Shown here: positions 11,699 through 23,354 of the stretch, in pieces | Layout: each line of letters starts with the position of its first letter | Position numbering within the stretch: the first letter of the stretch is position 1 | Source of the DNA: Blasia pusilla | Taxonomy: Eukaryota | Assembly (NCBI GenBank): GCA_050084515.1 | Contig: CM114271.1 | Location: forward strand, 38,812,001-38,876,000 | DNA length: 64,000 bases | Reading direction: 5' to 3' | The notes under the pieces: model-generated | Seen by the model: the letters and a program-made list of their open reading frames with translations, nothing else | Database searches by the model: none | What the model was told of the DNA's origin: nothing | Program-made: the position numbers and the translations under genes

Positions 11699-14600
11699 AT
11701 GTCGGATCGATTGACGCGAATTGCTATTGTGAGCTCCGATCGTTGCAAGCCGAAGAAGTGTCGGCAGGAGTGCAAAAAGAGTTGCCCTGTCGTGAAAACA
11801 GGTGTGTGGTGATTCTTGGCTTTGTGTGTATATGAGTGGAATGGCGCGTGGTTGTGGTTGCAAAACTGGATGAACTCGTGGGAGGCCGGGAGTTGTTCTG
11901 CATGTTGTGATGCAAGGATTCCGTTTTCGAGGCTCCGCGGCGGTTCTGTTGAAGTGAGTTGGAGGTTCAGTGCATCCTTCCTCAGCTGCGCTGGCTGAAA
12001 CAGTGATTGTTAGTGCTTAGCCATGTGCTGCTCTCTCCTGCTGATCTCCACCTTGATCACTTGCCATCTGGGCAAAATGTCTCTTGCAAATTCATATGCT
12101 GAGTTTCTGAGTTGTTCAGTCTTCGAGGGAACGTTCGCTGTTATCCATGAGAAGACCAAGATCGAGCTGTAACCGGGCAGTGTCACACAGGAACTTAAGA
12201 ATCCAAAGAAATTATGAACTCTTGCACCTGTGCTCACATGGACATTAATTTATTTGGTAGGATTAAGGTAATGTAGCAGTTCGAAGTACTTGGGTTCGAG
12301 ACATTCTGCCATCAGCTTCTTCCGACAGATTCCCCTGGGGGAAATGTGTTTGTCGTGAGCTTCTGGTCATGTCGGAATGGGGCGTCTAGAGAACCGTCGC
12401 TACAGGAAGATCAGGAGATCTGGTGCGTACTTCCGAAGTGACACTGGACGAATTCTTAAGGAATGGAATTGCTGAAGGTTTGCAGCCTCTCCGTGAGCAG
12501 TTCCCTCGACTTCAGGATGGAGGGTGACGTGTTTGTTTATATCTTCATAGTCTGTCGTTTGGAGAGCTGCGCTCGTGGATGCGTACAGGCTTATGATTGG
12601 TGTCGGTGCCGTGCCCTTTGAATTTCTGAGCTCTCCTGGTTTGCCCATTCACAAATCAACTTAGTCTCGAAGTGCTTTGCTTTCCTCCTTCATCAGAGCT
12701 GGACGTCTACTGACTGATTCAGTGGCATGATCCAGAAAAACTTCATGCGGCCGACTTTTATTTAGATCCGTGAGTAATGCGAGTCTCTAGATGTTCCCGA
12801 AAATACCACTTCACACGTCAATTAATTCTCCCAAACAGGCAGTTTCCCTTTCAGAAGTTGTCCTGGTTCTATCGAAGCCCCCATCTCTGTAGATAGAATA
12901 ACATCTTATCCACCATTGTTAGGTGATGGTTATGGTTTATACCATGTATCGAATCTGACTAGTAAAGTGGAGAGCTCTTTTTGTCGATCCCCCAAAGAAC
13001 GAGCTGGAGGCAACCCGAGTCCCTGACTTTTTGTGTGACTTGGTATGAGCAAGTGGAGAAGTGCGCAGTACGTATGAAGAAGCAGCTGGTACCCTCAGCT
13101 TGAACGGAATAAAATTTTAGTGTGTGAATGGGATGTTACATACTTGCTGTGCTGACTGGGTTATGTTATACAGGGAAACTCTGCATTGAAGTCTCATCGG
13201 CGGCTAAAATTGCCTTCATTTCAGAGGAGCTCTGCATCGGATGTGGTATCTGTGTGAAGGTATGTTTGCCTTCTGGACCAAACTTTGTAACATAGCCAGA
13301 TGAATAATGGAACACAGCAAGGCGCGGCAACGCATCAAAGCAACTTCGCTTTCTAGGCTTAAAGTGGCCAAACTCCAATCGTATAATTAGCCTGCATGTC
13401 TTCTATGTGGCAGACTCCCTCTACACGCTTTGCATGGCTTCAAGCCTTCTTAATTTTTTTGTTCACTATGTAGAAATGCCCATTTGAGGCCATTCAAATC
13501 ATCAATTTACCAAAGGATTTGGACAAGGATACTACACATCGTTATGGCCCTAACACCTTCAAGCTACACAGGTCAATATCCTTATCTTCATGAGAATTGG
13601 GCTAGCAGTGCATCTAAAATTAGATTTATATGCAGTTGATGTGTTTTTTTTCATCGTGAGTGGGTGTCATTGAAGTAATGTTTCTGAGAAGAGTTTTATG
13701 GATACTTTGTCTTCACCCGGTAATGCTCTCAAGGCAAGGCATGCTTGCATCAGTTGTGATTTTGCACTTCATATTGCACATCTGGAAATTGTAAATATGT
13801 TGCTTGCAGTCATGGTGGATATAATAGGGTTTAGAGCCCTTACCAATGGCTCACCATAACTCAGTTATGTGCTGGTGATGATCTACAGAGGTTATCATTA
13901 CCATAAGTAAAGGATGAGTTGTTGATGGATTGTATCTATGCCGGTCGCATATGTATATTAATACACAACTATATTCACACAATGTCCTTGTGCTCCTGCA
14001 GGTTGCCTGTACCTAGACCAGGACAGGTACTTGGTTTAGTTGGTACAAATGGTATTGGGAAATCAACTGCTCTGAAAGTCTTGGCAGGCAAGCTGAAGCC
14101 CAACCTTGGCAGATTTGAGGTCAGTGAAGTCAGCCTGAGTGTTTGAACTCACATGCCCAGTGGTTACCCTGTCGGCGATTGATTGATTGCGTTGCATCTA
14201 GGGTGAATCTGGATCATGTCAATCAGCATACTGACCGTCCGCAATTTCTTTTGTTCTTAGAATCCCCCAGACTGGCAAGAAATTCTGACCTACTTTAGAG
14301 GATCGGAGCTTCAAAACTATTTCACTCGGATATTGGAAGATAACTTGAAGGTATGAAGATATTTATGCCTTTTCCCCTCATGTATAAAGCTGTGGTGGAA
14401 GTTAGCTTCAGAAGTTAAATGTCCAACAGAGATAACAAGACCATCTTTCTGGTTGATACTAATATAGTGCTATTTCATCATTACGCATATTTCACTTTAT
14501 TCATCAGTGACAGATAATGATACTGCAGCTATAGGTAAGCTAATTTTTGAGTTGAATGTGGTTTCTGCAGGCTATTATTAAGCCCCAATATGTGGACCAC

Positions 14601-16864
14601 ATTCCTAAGGCTGTGAAGGGAAATGTCGGAGAGGTCCTCTCTCAAAAGGATGAAAGGGAAATGAGGTTAAATCTCTGCAGAGATCTTGACCTGAATCAAG
14701 TTTTGGATCGAGATGTAGGTGACCTTTCAGGAGGAGAATTGCAGCGGTTTGCAATAGCTGTGGTGGCGGTTCAGCATGCCGAAATTTATATGTTTGATGA
14801 GCCATCAAGTTACCTGGATGTGAAACAGAGATTAAAGGCTGCTCTGGTTGTACGGTCACTGCTCCGACCTAACAGGTAAATTTTTTACAGACTTGAAAGT
14901 CGTGAAGTCTCTTAGACTATGTTCTGAGGGTCTAGCTGGTCTAATAATACGTGGTTTTCCATTCCACATCAAAGCATGCAAAAGCTGAAAATAACAGTGG
15001 TGGTTTCCAATTTGCAGCTATGTTATTGTTGTGGAGCATGACCTTAGTGTCTTGGATTACTTGTCGGACTTCATATGTTGTTTGTACGGGAAGCCTGGAG
15101 CGTATGGAGTTGTCACTCTCCCTTTTTCTGTTCGAGAAGGAATCAACATTTTCTTGGCAGGGTTTGTCCCAACAGAGAATCTTAGATTCCGAGATGAATC
15201 ACTTACTTTCAAGGTACCGCCCCTTCCCCTCTGGTTTGAACTTATTGTGTGAACTGGAATCTATAGGATTCTGTTGTGTGAGATAATGATCTTGAGTGTC
15301 TGAGGGAGCTTTCTGAGTCAATATTTGAAGGTTTTTGGGACCAGCAGTTACATGTGAAATTTTTTGTGAAATTTATGCGAGGCCATTTCTTTAAGGTACC
15401 AAGGTTGCTCATTTACATTGCCAATCTATAGGTCGCAGAAACTCCACAAGAAAGTGCAGAGGAGGTCAGGACTTATGCACGATATAAGTATCCAGTCATG
15501 AGCAAAACTCAAGGTGGCTTCAAGTTGTCTGTGAAGGAGGGTGAATTTACAGATTCACAAATTATTGTCATGTTAGGGGAAAATGGTACAGGGAAGACTA
15601 CTTTTATTCGAATGCTGGTAAGGGTCTCATTTAATTGAACTGGTTATAACATTTTGCTTGGAATAGCACAATATCTTGGCACCCAAGTGAATTCACCGTA
15701 GAATGACTATCATTCTTTTTGGACACATTTGGCTTGGAATAGCACTATATCTTGGCACCCAAGAGAATTCTCCTTGGAATGACTATCATTCTTTTTGGTT
15801 TAGTGAAAATTGATGAGTCTGCGGTACTTGCATGTTGTATGTGCAGGCTGGTCTTCTGAAGCCAGATGAGGCTAAGGACTCAGATGTGGAGGTTCCAGAG
15901 TTCAATGTTTCTTACAAGCCACAAAAGATCAGTCCCAAATTTCAGTCAACAGTCCGGCACCTGTTGCATGGGAAGATAAGAGACTCTTACATGCATCCCC
16001 AGTTCAACTCAGATGTGATGAAGCCTCTGCAGATTGAGTCCCTTATGGATCAGGAGGTTATGAATCTGTCTGGGGGTGAGTTACAAAGGGTGGCGTTGTG
16101 TCTTTGTCTCGGCAAGGTATGATCTACTTCCAGTCTGATTGTAATTTCTCATGAGTCTTAGTGTCTGTTTGGGTCTTTCTTCAATCATTCAACCTTACCT
16201 ACACTGAATGTCATCAAATATATGGTCTTGCTGCCCTGATCTTAACTTGTGTTGCAATTTGATGGGTGGCACATTCTGGTTTTCACTTCTCACTTTCGTG
16301 CTTTATGGATTGTGCAGCCTGCAGATATATATCTGATCGATGAACCAAGTGCCTATTTGGACTCAGAACAGCGAATAGTAGCTGCAAAGGTTATAAAGCG
16401 ATTTATTCTGCACGCAAAGAAGACGGCATTTGTTGTGGAACACGACTTTATCATGGCTACTTACCTGGCTGATCGAGTAATTGTGTATGAGGGTAAACCG
16501 TCAGTGGATTGTTGTGCGAACACTCCACAAAGCCTTTTGACAGGAATGAACTTGTTTCTCTCGGTATGTCATCTTCCGGATGGGATTGTTTTGACTGGAT
16601 TATGAAGTGAATGCAAGCTCTCACTACTACTTCCTCACAGCAAACATAGAAAGCTTCTATATTTATCTTTATATAATCCACCAGTGCTCTCTTGCTGTGT
16701 CGAGATAGTTTGCTAATACTTGGCCTGTTTCTTATTTGTCACAGCACTTGGATATCACATTCCGGCGAGATCCCACCAACTTTAGGCCTCGCATCAACAA
16801 GGCGGAGTCAACAAAAGATAGAGAGCAGAAGAATGCTGGATCTTACTACTACCTGGATGATTAA
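11699..16864 (+). CDS. ABCE2: ABC transporter E family member (RLI/ABCE), ribosome recycling Fe-S ATPase; 11 exons, 605 aa
   Basis: Exons 11699-11801, 13174-13259, 13474-13571, 14002-14119, 14261-14350, 14571-14875, 15018-15213, 15432-15617, 15847-16116, 16318-16563 and 16745-16864 are all GT-AG and frame-consistent. The protein has an N-terminal Fe-S region ([15 protein letters not shown]...[12 protein letters not shown]), Walker A motifs GTNGIGKS and GENGTGKT, two LSGGELQR signatures, Walker [10 protein letters not shown] and IDEPSAYLD, and C-terminal [16 protein letters not shown]...GSYYYLDD. Confidence 0.97.
15656..15798. repeat. Two-copy tandem duplication (67-bp unit, 76-bp period) in ABCE intron 8
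   Basis: GCTTGGAATAGCAC.ATATCTTGGCACCCAAG.GAATTC...GAATGACTATCATTCTTTTTGG at 15656-15722 and 15732-15798. Confidence 0.85.
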
Positions 16865-19800
16865 TTAATTTTTTACATTTCCCAGTTTCTGGGATTGCGG
16901 AACTAGTTAGACAACCAATTCTTTTGCTTTCAAAGAGATCTGTACCTTGGTTCAAAGCATCAGAGCCTTTAAAATTCCAAGTTAGTATTTAGCACCTTCC
17001 CTGCCTGTGCCCTTCTCGTTGTGTGTTGTAGCAGAGTTATGCCTCCTATTCTAAGTTAGAGGTGAGCTTCAACATCGCCATGTGGGATTAGAGTGGTTGT
17101 GATGATCCTTGTAGTTAATGACCATTTATATTTTTGTTCTTTATCATCCTGGAGGGGAAGGGCCTGAGTTACATTCATGTTTATTTAGGGAGATTTGCCA
17201 GTTTTGGAGACTGCATCAGCAGCTGCTTCGACCTCACTGGAGATGCACAAATCCGGTTTGACCTACTAGAGGTCCTAGAGTTTTAGTTCCTTGCGAGTAA
17301 AGGGGTGATGACGAGGTTGAAGGGGATGTAAGCTAGAGCTGGAGTCGTTTTCTTGAAGACCTCTCCTGCTGACCCACGCTACTGTACAATAGTCTTTATG
17401 GTGTGGTTGGTATGAATTAGGCCTTGGATTAACCACTCTTGCAGTTCTCGTTGAAGTCTGTTAGTGGGCTTATCTCATGTGGATGCGGTGGTCATTTGCG
17501 TCGGAGTGTTCTTCTCTTTAGCGAGAACCTCAGCAGCCGGACTTGTATGCGCACACTGCACACTTTACGAGAAATCAAACCTCGAGGATAGTGACGTCTG
17601 TCCTTGGAGACTGTACCATTGGAGAGCTGACAATGTAATCACTATACCAGAAATGGTGACCAGAGAAGCCTTGATATCTGGAAGTAAAGTACATTTTTCT
17701 TGGTACACTCAGTTGCGTTTGCCACCTCCATACCGGCGCCACTGACCAGTGTAGGGATTATCTGTGAATGCCCATAGAATTTTGCGCTAAATCATCTGCC
17801 TTTCGACTCTTTTTTCCCCAGCCATGATTCTGTCCCTATGACATGAAGCATATATTGAGTTGAAATTAGAGAGGGATGACCACATCATGAGAACCCTGTC
17901 CTATGGAATAGGTACATTTTCGAGCTCCTGATGGGACTGAATCAGACTTTACGATGAGTTTCAATGCATACACAAATCAGAGGAGAACTACGGTAAAGAA
18001 AAGAAATCCCAGTCCATGAATCAGAACCCTTGGGGTTTAAAGTGAGAAGCTCACAAGCTTACAATTTTAAACTAGTCTATAAGAAAGCAGAACTCTGACC
18101 GGGTCAGAGTTTCCTTTTCGAGTTTTGTCTTTCAAGGAGCGCCTTGGAGAAGCTGCGAAATGGTTTCGTGCAGAAAAGAATTATATGGAGCAGAAGAGAA
18201 TTATATCCTGCAGTTGAGGGCCTTGGGTGTAGTCCTTACAGTCATTGGTGAGCACTGACCAGAGGACGGTAGTACATAATTCGTGCTTCAAAAGCGGTCG
18301 AAGGAGGAAAGTGGCGAGACAATCGCTGGGAGAAGCAGCCACGCAAGCTTGATGACCACGTCTGCTACCGCTAGCGAGGATTACATGAGGATTACATGTG
18401 AATAAACACTGACGTAAGTGTGATAGAAATCTGTGCTCGCGCCTTTGACGCGAAGGTCAGCGAGGAACGAGTCGGCGACGCGTCGATTGCTGCAGATGCT
18501 GCTGATGTGCCGATTGTTAGTATGGGGGAGGACACGCTTCGCGACGTGGAACAGGTGCGGACGATGTTATGGTCCCAGCAGACGCGGGACGTAGTTCGTG
18601 AGCTGTTCCTACTTTGCAAGTGGAGGAAAATCGCTAACGGATGTTTGTTTCAAGCGGACCCCATTAGAATTGCGCAACGCCCGTGGTCTCAAGGACAGGC
18701 CGTGCTTGGAGGCCTGGACCTCACATCGCTCACGAATAGATGCATTGAGAGAAAAATCGAGGGCGGGGACGGGAATCGCCTCGGGATAGGGTTTTAGTCA
18801 ACCCTTCGGACAGGCTTGACTGTCGAGATTGTCGGAATGGGCCTTACTGCAGTGCCCATGGAGAAGGCGGTCCTATCGATCCGGAAGAGCGGCAGATGCT
18901 ACGGTCGCGACGTGTGATCGATCCACTACTTCCTCTCCGCGCGCGATGAGTCTGGGGATTCTGGGCGTACCTTGTCAGGCTCGAGGCGAGCGACCAATCC
19001 AAAGCTCACGACCCGTTTTTTCCAGGTTTTGCTTCGATAGGATCGGAATCCTCATACCTCCTCTCCGCGAGCGAATGCCTGCCCTTCCTCACAATGTATC
19101 TTCGATGCAAAAGCGTTAGCTTGTATCGGACTTCCCTACTTCCATCTCTTGACTTTAATGCGAAGTTCTTCGCTTTCCAATGAGTTTTTAGGTTGAGTCG
19201 TTCGTCACCTCATTATTGAGCAAAATATGGGTCTTCTTGCGACAAAAATCTACTAGTAATTTTTTGCCACGTTAGAATAATGTGAAATTAAAGGACAATT
19301 AGAGGACAGACGATGAATAAAAGTTTAGAAAGAAAGAAAGAAATCAATTTTTTTATAATACATCTAATTTCGCTCATGAAAATTTTTCATAGATTTTCTT
19401 TTATTAATTTTGAAAAAGAATTTTATCCATTTTTTTCCCAAAAGAGGGATAAATTTCCTTTCAATCTAACTTGAAAGTTAAAAATAAAATAGAAATAATA
19501 TGTCTTCCCTTATTTTGAAGAATAATTCTTGTCCCATTGGTGTCCTATTATCTTTTTCATTTTTTCCCAAAAGAAAAGTTAATTTCCCCTCAAAACTAAA
19601 CTTTAAATTGTGTTTACATGAACCTTGAAAAAATAATTTGAAATTTTCAAATGAGAAAAGATTAAAAAATTGGAAAAGACTCCAAAGATTTCATCTCGGA
19701 AGATATTTGAATTTTATTTAATTATAAATAAATAATTATTATGAAAACCTTACCCGTTCATCAATTCATGCCAAATTTGATAGGGATATTCAAAATTTCT

Positions 19801-20232
19801 CAATTAGTAAAAAGATTCACTCACTTTGATCCAAAGTTTATCTCAAAATATTCTTAAGAAATCCCTCAAAATTAAAGCTTGAAAAGGAGACTAAATGACA
19901 TATTTCTAAATTATTATGTAGTTTCCCTTCCAAAATTAACTTGAAATTAAAAATTTTTAAATAATAATTTTAATTTATAAAATAAAATAAAAATTTAAAA
20001 TTTAAAATTGTGTTTAAAAATAAATAATTTATTATTTAAAAAATCTCTTTTCTATTCAAATCTTAGTTTAGTATAGGGAAACTTAAACAATAATTGGATA
20101 TGTGACAGGCTTCACACGTGGCTACATGGGAGTTTCTTAGCAAATGGCTAACACCCTTAATAGTATGATATGCTTTTCCAATATTATATACTTGTTAGGA
20201 CCTGTAGTTCCTTAATTCGTGTGTCAAAGGAA

Positions 20233-20332
20233 GACCCTATTAAGGTGGCAAAAGTATTCTTTGGAAATCTAATTGTTTCAATTTCTCTGTATGACCCTAT
20301 TAAGGTGACAAAAGTATTTTTTTAGAAATCTA
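20233..20332. repeat. Two-copy tandem repeat, 60-bp period
   Basis: GACCCTATTAAGGTG.CAAAAGTATT...GAAATCTA at 20233 and 20293. Confidence 0.75.
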
Positions 20333-22381
20333 GCGACTAGGTATGGAAAGGTTGCATGGAAGGAGTTTATGTATTTCTTTTTCTCTTTGTGGACATGTTG
20401 AGATTATTTGGCGGAATCATGAGCTTAAATCAAAAGGTTGATGGTCGTTTGTGAAGGTGTGGAGAAATCACAAACTCCTCTTGCAGTTGATAGAATGGAA
20501 TTACGTTCCCTCGAAAAAAATCCTTTTAGGTACTCTAAAATTATAATTGATGGTTCATAAAACAAGTTTTCTTAAGCTGTACATAAACTCTCATGGGCAT
20601 GACATGCTCACGAGACAAGGAGAAAATCACCCCGCACTCATATCGCGAGCGTCGAACAAACATATATTTTTGAGAGACATATATTTGCGTAAGTGGCCCC
20701 CTATAGAAGTAATGGCACTAGAAAGGCCCCCAAGGGAAGTGATAATTCAAAGGGCCCCAATGAGGTGCCACGGAGGACTTTTTGAAGGTCACACGTGGTT
20801 CTTGTATGATGCTATTATAAAAAGGGGATATTTGATAGTGTGAATCGCAGTTGAAGATATACCATGATGTTGCCGCAAAATCTGCTGCATCATAGTCATG
20901 CTTTGGTCTTATCTATGACACAAAGGATTTTTTTTCTTTTGTATTTTTTTCTCTTTCTGGTCACCTTAGTGGTGTCGGAATGGATGGTTGTGAGCAACGT
21001 AGAGACATGGTTGGTGGTCTTGATTAAGATAAAAATTATCATGTGCAAGAGAAGGACATAATTAGAAGGCACCAAGAAGAAGTGCGGGGTGTATGGACAC
21101 TCTCCACTATTAGCAAATGCAAGAGATGCGTTCGAGTTATGGAGGGAATCAATATTTAAAACTGAGCCAAACCTACAAGGGTTTACTCTTGAAGAAGGTA
21201 ACATGCTTCTACTCAGATTGTGTCTAATGTAGGGTGTATTGTTCCTCACTTATTTTCTTGAAAATGTCTGCCGTGGCGCCTAATGGTCACTTTTTATCAT
21301 GATTTCATTATTCTTAGAAAACTATGATATGAAAGAGATGTATGGTACATGATTGCACTTGCATATAAGGTTATCTGAAAATTCAGTGCGGTTAAGAGGC
21401 AGGCTACTCGTAGTCGATTGAACAAAGAATTGCAAATTTTTGATGAGTTTGAGTTTGCATTTGACTGTTAGTGCTCATTCAACTTGAGAGTGATTTTGAG
21501 TGAAGTGTTATGCACAAATGAAGAAGTGCTATAGACTGCAAACTTAATGATTCAGTGCTAAGATACGAGGGAAAGGACTTATTGAGGACTTCAATGATAC
21601 ATGAAGGAAAGGCAAGAAGTCTCCTACGTACGAGGAGTTGGATGAGGAACCTATAACACCAGATGTATGTTATCAAACACCTTTAGAAGTTGTTCTTCCT
21701 ATTGTAGATGTCAATTCTCGTGTCCATTCAACTATCAAACACTTATCCGCAGCCCTAAAGCACCCATCAATGACTAAAAGCAACGACTATATATATATAT
21801 ATATATATATACACATTAAAGAGGTGACTAACCTCCCTGAACCGCGAGGGCCTGCTAAAATTTGTGAAGATGTGGTCCGTTTGGATAATCCTAGGAACCA
21901 TATAATTGTGCCTAAAGTAAGTGAGGCTCAATTGTAGGAGCCCAAAATGGCTTATAAAGAAAGGTCGACACCTAATCTCATGGATCCCTTAGCGGTGGCT
22001 AAATTCTGCAAAAGATCGTCGGAGGTGGCTAGAGGCCGCGAGGAGACCCATGTAGTGGCTAATTTCTTTGAGGAGACCCCCGAGTAGGCTAATGACAAGA
22101 GTCCCTTTTTGGAGGTTCAACTAAGCGACCAATTTGTGGAGGCAGCTAAATTCACTACGCAACCCAAGTGGCGGCTAAATTCAGTCAGAATGGAGGTTTT
22201 GAATACTTAATGGTGGCTATAGATGGTCCTCCTACATTGCCGTCTAAAGCTAGTAATAGCAAGGAGAGGGAGAATAGTTTTTGATTACAAGCCATACATA
22301 TCCCAATGGGTGTTGTTTGGGGGCTAAGTCAAATATTCAAGATCCTAGAATTCCAAGGGTTCCTTTTGGTATGGAAGGCCC

Positions 22382-23354
22382 ATGGTGTCCAATCACAATA
22401 GAATGCCCAATCAACTAAGATTCAAAAGACTCACTATAGTATTTCCTCACTTGGATGAACCTTTACACAAAGGTAGGAAGTTTGCACAATTTGTTACTGA
22501 TGTGGACTCTATCCATACAAATGGTGCGGCAAGAAACGATGCAACCGGGCAACTTGCAACGTATATGAGTACACCAAAGGACAAAGGGCAAGTATGTGGT
22601 CGGAGAGTGCCATACCAACAACATAAGAGCTTAGATGGGTGTGAAATAACTGTTTGCAACTTGAAGCACACCTATCTTGGTCACATTCATACATGGAGGG
22701 GGCCTAGTCATGAAGAAAAATGGCTCTCCATGATATTGGGTGACAAATTCCTTAATCAACCGAGCAATCTTGTTGGCAGGCTTGTGCTTATTCTCTCTTA
22801 GATTTACAAAAGAAGAAATACTTACGGTCCTACATGGAGGTGCAAGGAGATGTATCGTGATTGGACGAATGGAGGTGAATGAGTTGGGTTCCATATGATA
22901 TATGCTTTTATTGACATGGTGAAGGTGTCATACGTGTTGGCAAAGACGACTTGAGATATATGGGATCTTGAATTCTGTACTTTTAGGAGATCATTTATAT
23001 TTTCTCAGCCATGAAGGTTGTTCTTCCCTTCATTTAAAAGGTAGTTGAGTTGGACGTGCCATTGAAAGAACAAAAAATACCCGATGCAGATTTTTCTTTC
23101 CTCTATTATGGATGGAAATGTAAACACCATGATTTTGGCATATGGTCTTTGTTCTTTCAAGAGCAATGAAGAGTGGGAGTTGTTATGCTTATGCCTGAGG
23201 AAGGCAATTCCTACGCTAGATGATCCTAAGGTTATTTTTGTTTTGGATAGGCGAAAAGGATCACTACATGAGGTCCATGCTTATTCTGCCTAATATACAC
23301 AACATTTGTGACAAAATATGAAGATACGTTATAGTAAAGTTGGAGAGGAGTATT
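22382..23354 (+). pseudogene. Mutator (MULE) transposase remnant, N-terminal/DDE part
   Basis: 23084-23293 reads IFLSSIMDGNVNTMILAYGLCSFKSNEEWELLCLCLRKAIP...VLDRRKGS, matching the MULE DDE core pattern DGN...LA(F/Y)...E..W...L..AI...SDR.KGL. It carries stops and frameshifts; the left boundary is approximate. Confidence 0.7.

Noticed and set aside
13875..13905. Box C-like GTGATGA with a short stem in ABCE intron 3 (intronic snoRNA)
   Set aside because: No suitably placed box D, terminal stem or rRNA guide identified.
18805..18822. miR166-like sequence TCGGACAGGCTTGA
   Set aside because: Partial match with an indel and no precursor hairpin or star arm.
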